Positions 60,471-64,000 of a stretch of 64,000 nucleotides of DNA are shown here, piece after piece; position 1 is the first letter of the stretch; each line of letters begins with the position of its first letter. The position numbers were made by a program, and so were the translations under genes. The notes beneath the pieces were generated by a model, which searched no databases, had not been told where the DNA came from, and saw only the letters and a list, made by a program, of their open reading frames with translations. The stretch is taken from the NCBI GenBank assembly GCA_043732185.1, contig JAYTHY010000112.1, positions 1 to 64,000 of the forward strand. Direction: 5' to 3'. Source of the stretch: Fibrobacteria bacterium (lineage in GTDB: Bacteria > Fibrobacterota > Fibrobacteria > UBA11236).

Positions 60471-62243
60471 ATGCAGTCAAGACCATTTCATTTCATTTAC
60501 ATGTGGTTAGGTCTCATCTTGCAGTTGACGGTGACAGCCACGTATTCAGACAAGTTTTCTTTTTCTCATTCCATTCACCCCGGTTTCGACAATTATGACA
60601 TTTTGCCGCCCACTTGGGTTGTGGATAAAGATGGGGTAAATCCGATTGGTGCCATTGCCCTGTTGCCGGATGGCCGAATGGTCACGACTACCTGGACAAG
60701 TAAAACGGGTTCAAATGGTAGAAACGGGCAAGCATTTATTTTATCCGGAGTTTTAACTGCAACAACACGGGCTGGAATAACGGTGACCACTCTCCCAACT
60801 TCCTTGCGCGAACCACTAGGGATGACCATTGTCAATGGATCAATCTATGTCGTCGAAAAAGATCGACTGGGAAAGTTCACGCCCAATGGGGCGAACTGGA
60901 CCTACTCAGTTGAATATGACAAAGCCAATGCAGTCGCGTTTCAAAATTACGGGCACTGGTTTTCCATGGGACTTATTTATTATCAAGGTAAATTCAATTG
61001 GACTTTAGGGGGATTCCATGATTATGGAAACTATATCGACTCGAACCCAGAAAGACACGGGACCTGGGTACAGTATGATCCCACCACCAAGACGCATGAA
61101 TTCATGGTCTACGGCATGCGCAATACGGGCGGAACATCACTCGGGCCAGATGGAACTATTTGCACTACCGACAATCAAGGTGACTGGGAACCCTCCGATA
61201 AATTTATTTGTATGGAAAAAGGAAATTGGTACGGGTTTGATGGACCAACGGCTCCCATGCGGAGAACGGGACAACCTGAAAGTCCTCCCACAGTCTGGGG
61301 GCCACATGATGAAATTACCAATTCAATGGGTGATGCTATCCTGATGCCTAAGGGCAAATATGCGGGTCAAATGTTTATTACCGATTTGACGAATGGCGTT
61401 ATCAATCGAATCTTCTTAGAAAAGGTCCGAGGCCATTGGCAGGGCGCATTCACCTTTGTGACCGCAGGTTTTAAGGCCGGACCTTATCGAATCATTTTGG
61501 CCCCGGATAGTACTACGCTTATCGTGGGATGTACCGGTGGTGGTGGTGGTGGTTGGAAATATTTAGATACTGCGCAAGCCTATTCAGGTCTGCACAAATT
61601 GGTGCCCAACAATAAGCCGGTATTGGAAATTCTTGCCGTGCGTTCCATGAGCAATACCAAAATGGAGGTGCAGTTTACTGAGCCGGTTAATCCGGCCGCC
61701 GCCCTTGCGGCCGGTTACACTGTAACCAGTTGGAAAAACATACCCGGTCCAGGATATGGGCAAGGGAGAAACTCGCTTCCCTTGACGCATGCCATTACCA
61801 ACGTGACTCTTTCAGCTGATAATCTAAAGGCAACTTTAACACTCACAGGTTTGGAAATGGGGCGCATCGTTCGAATCTTTGTGAATCCAACGGTTAAAGC
61901 GCTCAACGGGGATACCCTTTGGTTCAAATATTCTGATTACACCCTGACAAACTATGGTCCCGCGGAAGTTGTTTCCTTGAAGCGCATGCTTAGTGGTAAT
62001 GAAGTGAAGCCATTCCAGTACGCGTTGCACAAAATTCGCAATGGAGTGGAATTGAAAATGTCGACTTCGGGTGCTTTTGTAGTTGAAGCGTGGACAATGC
62101 AGGGCACCCAAATAACAAGCATAAGCAAAGCGGGTCCATTTGGCTTAACGCTGACTCGAGAAGCCGTGGGAACAGGTGTGTTTATGCTACGCATCAAGAA
62201 TGAAGCAGGCCTGGCACTTTCCGAAAAAGTATCGATGCTTTAA
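60471..62243 (+). CDS. Secreted beta-propeller protein, paralog 2
   Basis: Collinear and highly similar to 58606-60378 over its full length. Confidence 0.8.
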   Translation: MQSRPFHFIYMWLGLILQLTVTATYSDKFSFSHSIHPGFDNYDILPPTWVVDKDGVNPIGAIALLPDGRMVTTTWTSKTGSNGRNGQAFILSGVLTATTRAGITVTTLPTSLREPLGMTIVNGSIYVVEKDRLGKFTPNGANWTYSVEYDKANAVAFQNYGHWFSMGLIYYQGKFNWTLGGFHDYGNYIDSNPERHGTWVQYDPTTKTHEFMVYGMRNTGGTSLGPDGTICTTDNQGDWEPSDKFICMEKGNWYGFDGPTAPMRRTGQPESPPTVWGPHDEITNSMGDAILMPKGKYAGQMFITDLTNGVINRIFLEKVRGHWQGAFTFVTAGFKAGPYRIILAPDSTTLIVGCTGGGGGGWKYLDTAQAYSGLHKLVPNNKPVLEILAVRSMSNTKMEVQFTEPVNPAAALAAGYTVTSWKNIPGPGYGQGRNSLPLTHAITNVTLSADNLKATLTLTGLEMGRIVRIFVNPTVKALNGDTLWFKYSDYTLTNYGPAEVVSLKRMLSGNEVKPFQYALHKIRNGVELKMSTSGAFVVEAWTMQGTQITSISKAGPFGLTLTREAVGTGVFMLRIKNEAGLALSEKVSML

Positions 62244-62278
62244 AAATTTTCTTTTAAGTATTAACAAAGGTAAAAGCA

Positions 62279-64000
62279 GTGAGATTAAAACCGATTTATT
62301 CAACTTGTTTGTGGCTGGGATTGGGCTTGCAGCTTATGGTATCTGAACCGCTGGCACAAACAAATCCACCAGCATTTCCCTTTGCCCATCTGATTCATCC
62401 CGGCTTTGACAATTACGATATCTTGCCTTCCCCTTGGGTGGTCGACCAGTTCAACAAAAACTCGATTGGCGGAATTGCGCTGCTTCCCGATGGCCGCATG
62501 GCCACGACTATTTTTAAGGAATACGGCAATGCCACCAATAGAAATGGCCAGATATTTTTGTTATCCGGAGTATTGACGGCTACAAAACCTAGCGATATCA
62601 CCATGAATCAAATCACGGCTTCTTTGCGCGAACCGTTGGGTGTGACGGTGGTGAACGGAAGCATTTATGTCACCGAAAAGGACCGAATTGGGAAACTGGC
62701 ACCAACTGGAGCGGGCTGGACCTATTCCGTAGAATATGATAAGGCCAACCCAGTGGGTATTCGCGATTATGGACACTGGTTTTCCATGGGTCTGGTTTAT
62801 TATCAAGGTAAATTCAATTGGACCTTGGGTGGATTTCATGCTTACGAACCCGCGGATACCGTCTATACAGCGGCAACGGGTGTCGGCGATCCTGAACCGT
62901 TAAAGCATGGAACCTGGGTCCAGTATGATCCTGTCACCAAAACCCATGAATTCATGGTTCACGGACTCCGGAATACCGGCGGCACATCCCTTGGTCCAGA
63001 TGGAACTATTTGTACTACCGACAATCAAGGCGACTGGGAGCCTTCGGATAAGTTCATTTGCATGGAAAAGGGTCAATGGTATGGCTTTGATGGGCCAAAG
63101 TCACTTGCAAAGCTTCCTGGCCAAGTTGAATACCCGCCTACGGCCTGGGCCGCCCACGATGAAATCAGCAACTCATTGGGGGAATCTGTACTGATCCCAA
63201 AAGGTAAATATGCCGGGCAAATGTTTGTTACGGATATAACCAATGGCATTATTGATCGAGTTTTTCTGGAAAAAGTCAAAGGCCATTGGCAAGGTGCATT
63301 CACTTTTGTTACTGGTGGATTTCGGGCTGGTGCATATAGAATTCTTGTCGCGCCTGATAGCGCAACTCTAATTGTGGCTGGCCTGGGTGGCAGTGCCAGC
63401 AGCGGTGGATGGACATACCTTAAACAGCCCTTATATTCCTGCCTCCACAAATTGGTGCCAAATAAAAAAACGGTTTTGGAAATACTTGCGGTCCGTTCCA
63501 TGGGTCCAACGAAAATGGAAGTGGAATTCACCGAACCGGTTAACCCGGCCGCCGCCCTGGCTACGGGATATAAGATTACCAGTTGGAAGAACATTGCAGG
63601 TCCAGGTTATGGGGAGGGGAATCACTCCCTTCAATTGACACATACGATCACGAATGTCGCTCTTTCACCGGATAATTTAAAGGCCACTTTAACCCTATCG
63701 GGACTGGAAGTGGGCCGCGTAGTTCGTGTTCTAGTGAATCCCGCGGTCAAGGCACTGAGTGGGGACACACTTTTCTTCAAATTCTCTGATTATACGATGA
63801 ATAATTTTGGTCCTGCAGAGCCCGTTTCCTTGGCGCGGATGGTGGGTGGCCAGGAGGTTAAGGCGTTCCAATATTCATTGCAGAAAAATAGCACTGAGGT
63901 GGAATTGAAAATGACAACTTCCGGTGTGTATTCAATTGAAGCCTGGACCATGCAGGGTACTAGGGTGGAAAACATCCGCAAAGAAGGACCCTTTAGTCTG
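62279..64000 (+). CDS. Secreted beta-propeller protein, paralog 3 (truncated by the window end; absent from the ORF track)
   Basis: GTG start after AAAGG; reads MRLKPIYSTCLWLGLGLQL...HPGFDNYDILP and stays open to base 64000. Confidence 0.82.
   Translation, partial: MRLKPIYSTCLWLGLGLQLMVSEPLAQTNPPAFPFAHLIHPGFDNYDILPSPWVVDQFNKNSIGGIALLPDGRMATTIFKEYGNATNRNGQIFLLSGVLTATKPSDITMNQITASLREPLGVTVVNGSIYVTEKDRIGKLAPTGAGWTYSVEYDKANPVGIRDYGHWFSMGLVYYQGKFNWTLGGFHAYEPADTVYTAATGVGDPEPLKHGTWVQYDPVTKTHEFMVHGLRNTGGTSLGPDGTICTTDNQGDWEPSDKFICMEKGQWYGFDGPKSLAKLPGQVEYPPTAWAAHDEISNSLGESVLIPKGKYAGQMFVTDITNGIIDRVFLEKVKGHWQGAFTFVTGGFRAGAYRILVAPDSATLIVAGLGGSASSGGWTYLKQPLYSCLHKLVPNKKTVLEILAVRSMGPTKMEVEFTEPVNPAAALATGYKITSWKNIAGPGYGEGNHSLQLTHTITNVALSPDNLKATLTLSGLEVGRVVRVLVNPAVKALSGDTLFFKFSDYTMNNFGPAEPVSLARMVGGQEVKAFQYSLQKNSTEVELKMTTSGVYSIEAWTMQGTRVENIRKEGPFSL

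Noticed and set aside
58606..64000. Diversity-generating retroelement or shufflon explanation for the variable paralogs
   Set aside because: No reverse transcriptase, recombinase or non-coding template repeat in the window; variation includes indels and is not adenine-specific

Overview
Bacterial chromosomal window. It most resembles a Fibrobacterota genome, based on a TIGR02147-type regulator, many secreted proteins with T9SS/Por-like C-terminal sorting domains and the futalosine-pathway gene mqnE; this taxonomic call is inference. Housekeeping blocks include rpsD, thiC with a TPP riboswitch, tkt, gmk, purL/purQ, kbl-tdh, ybeY and mqnE. They alternate with three accessory blocks, each starting at the 3' end of a tRNA (Ala-CGC, Arg-CCT, Ala-GGC): (i) secreted beta-propeller repeat proteins, (ii) carbohydrate-active genes, (iii) a nine-gene phosphorelay cluster followed by secreted LRR, S8 protease and lipoprotein genes. 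The window ends in a co-oriented locus of a ThuA-domain protein, an outer-membrane barrel-like protein and three tandem beta-propeller paralogs with variable loops. Best candidates for undescribed biology are this terminal PUL-like locus, a recurring ATMGG-N7-CCKAT palindrome in the phosphorelay cluster, a TPP riboswitch with a four-hairpin insertion, and the TIGR02147-lipoprotein/LRR module. No integrase, transposase, reverse transcriptase or CRISPR array was seen.
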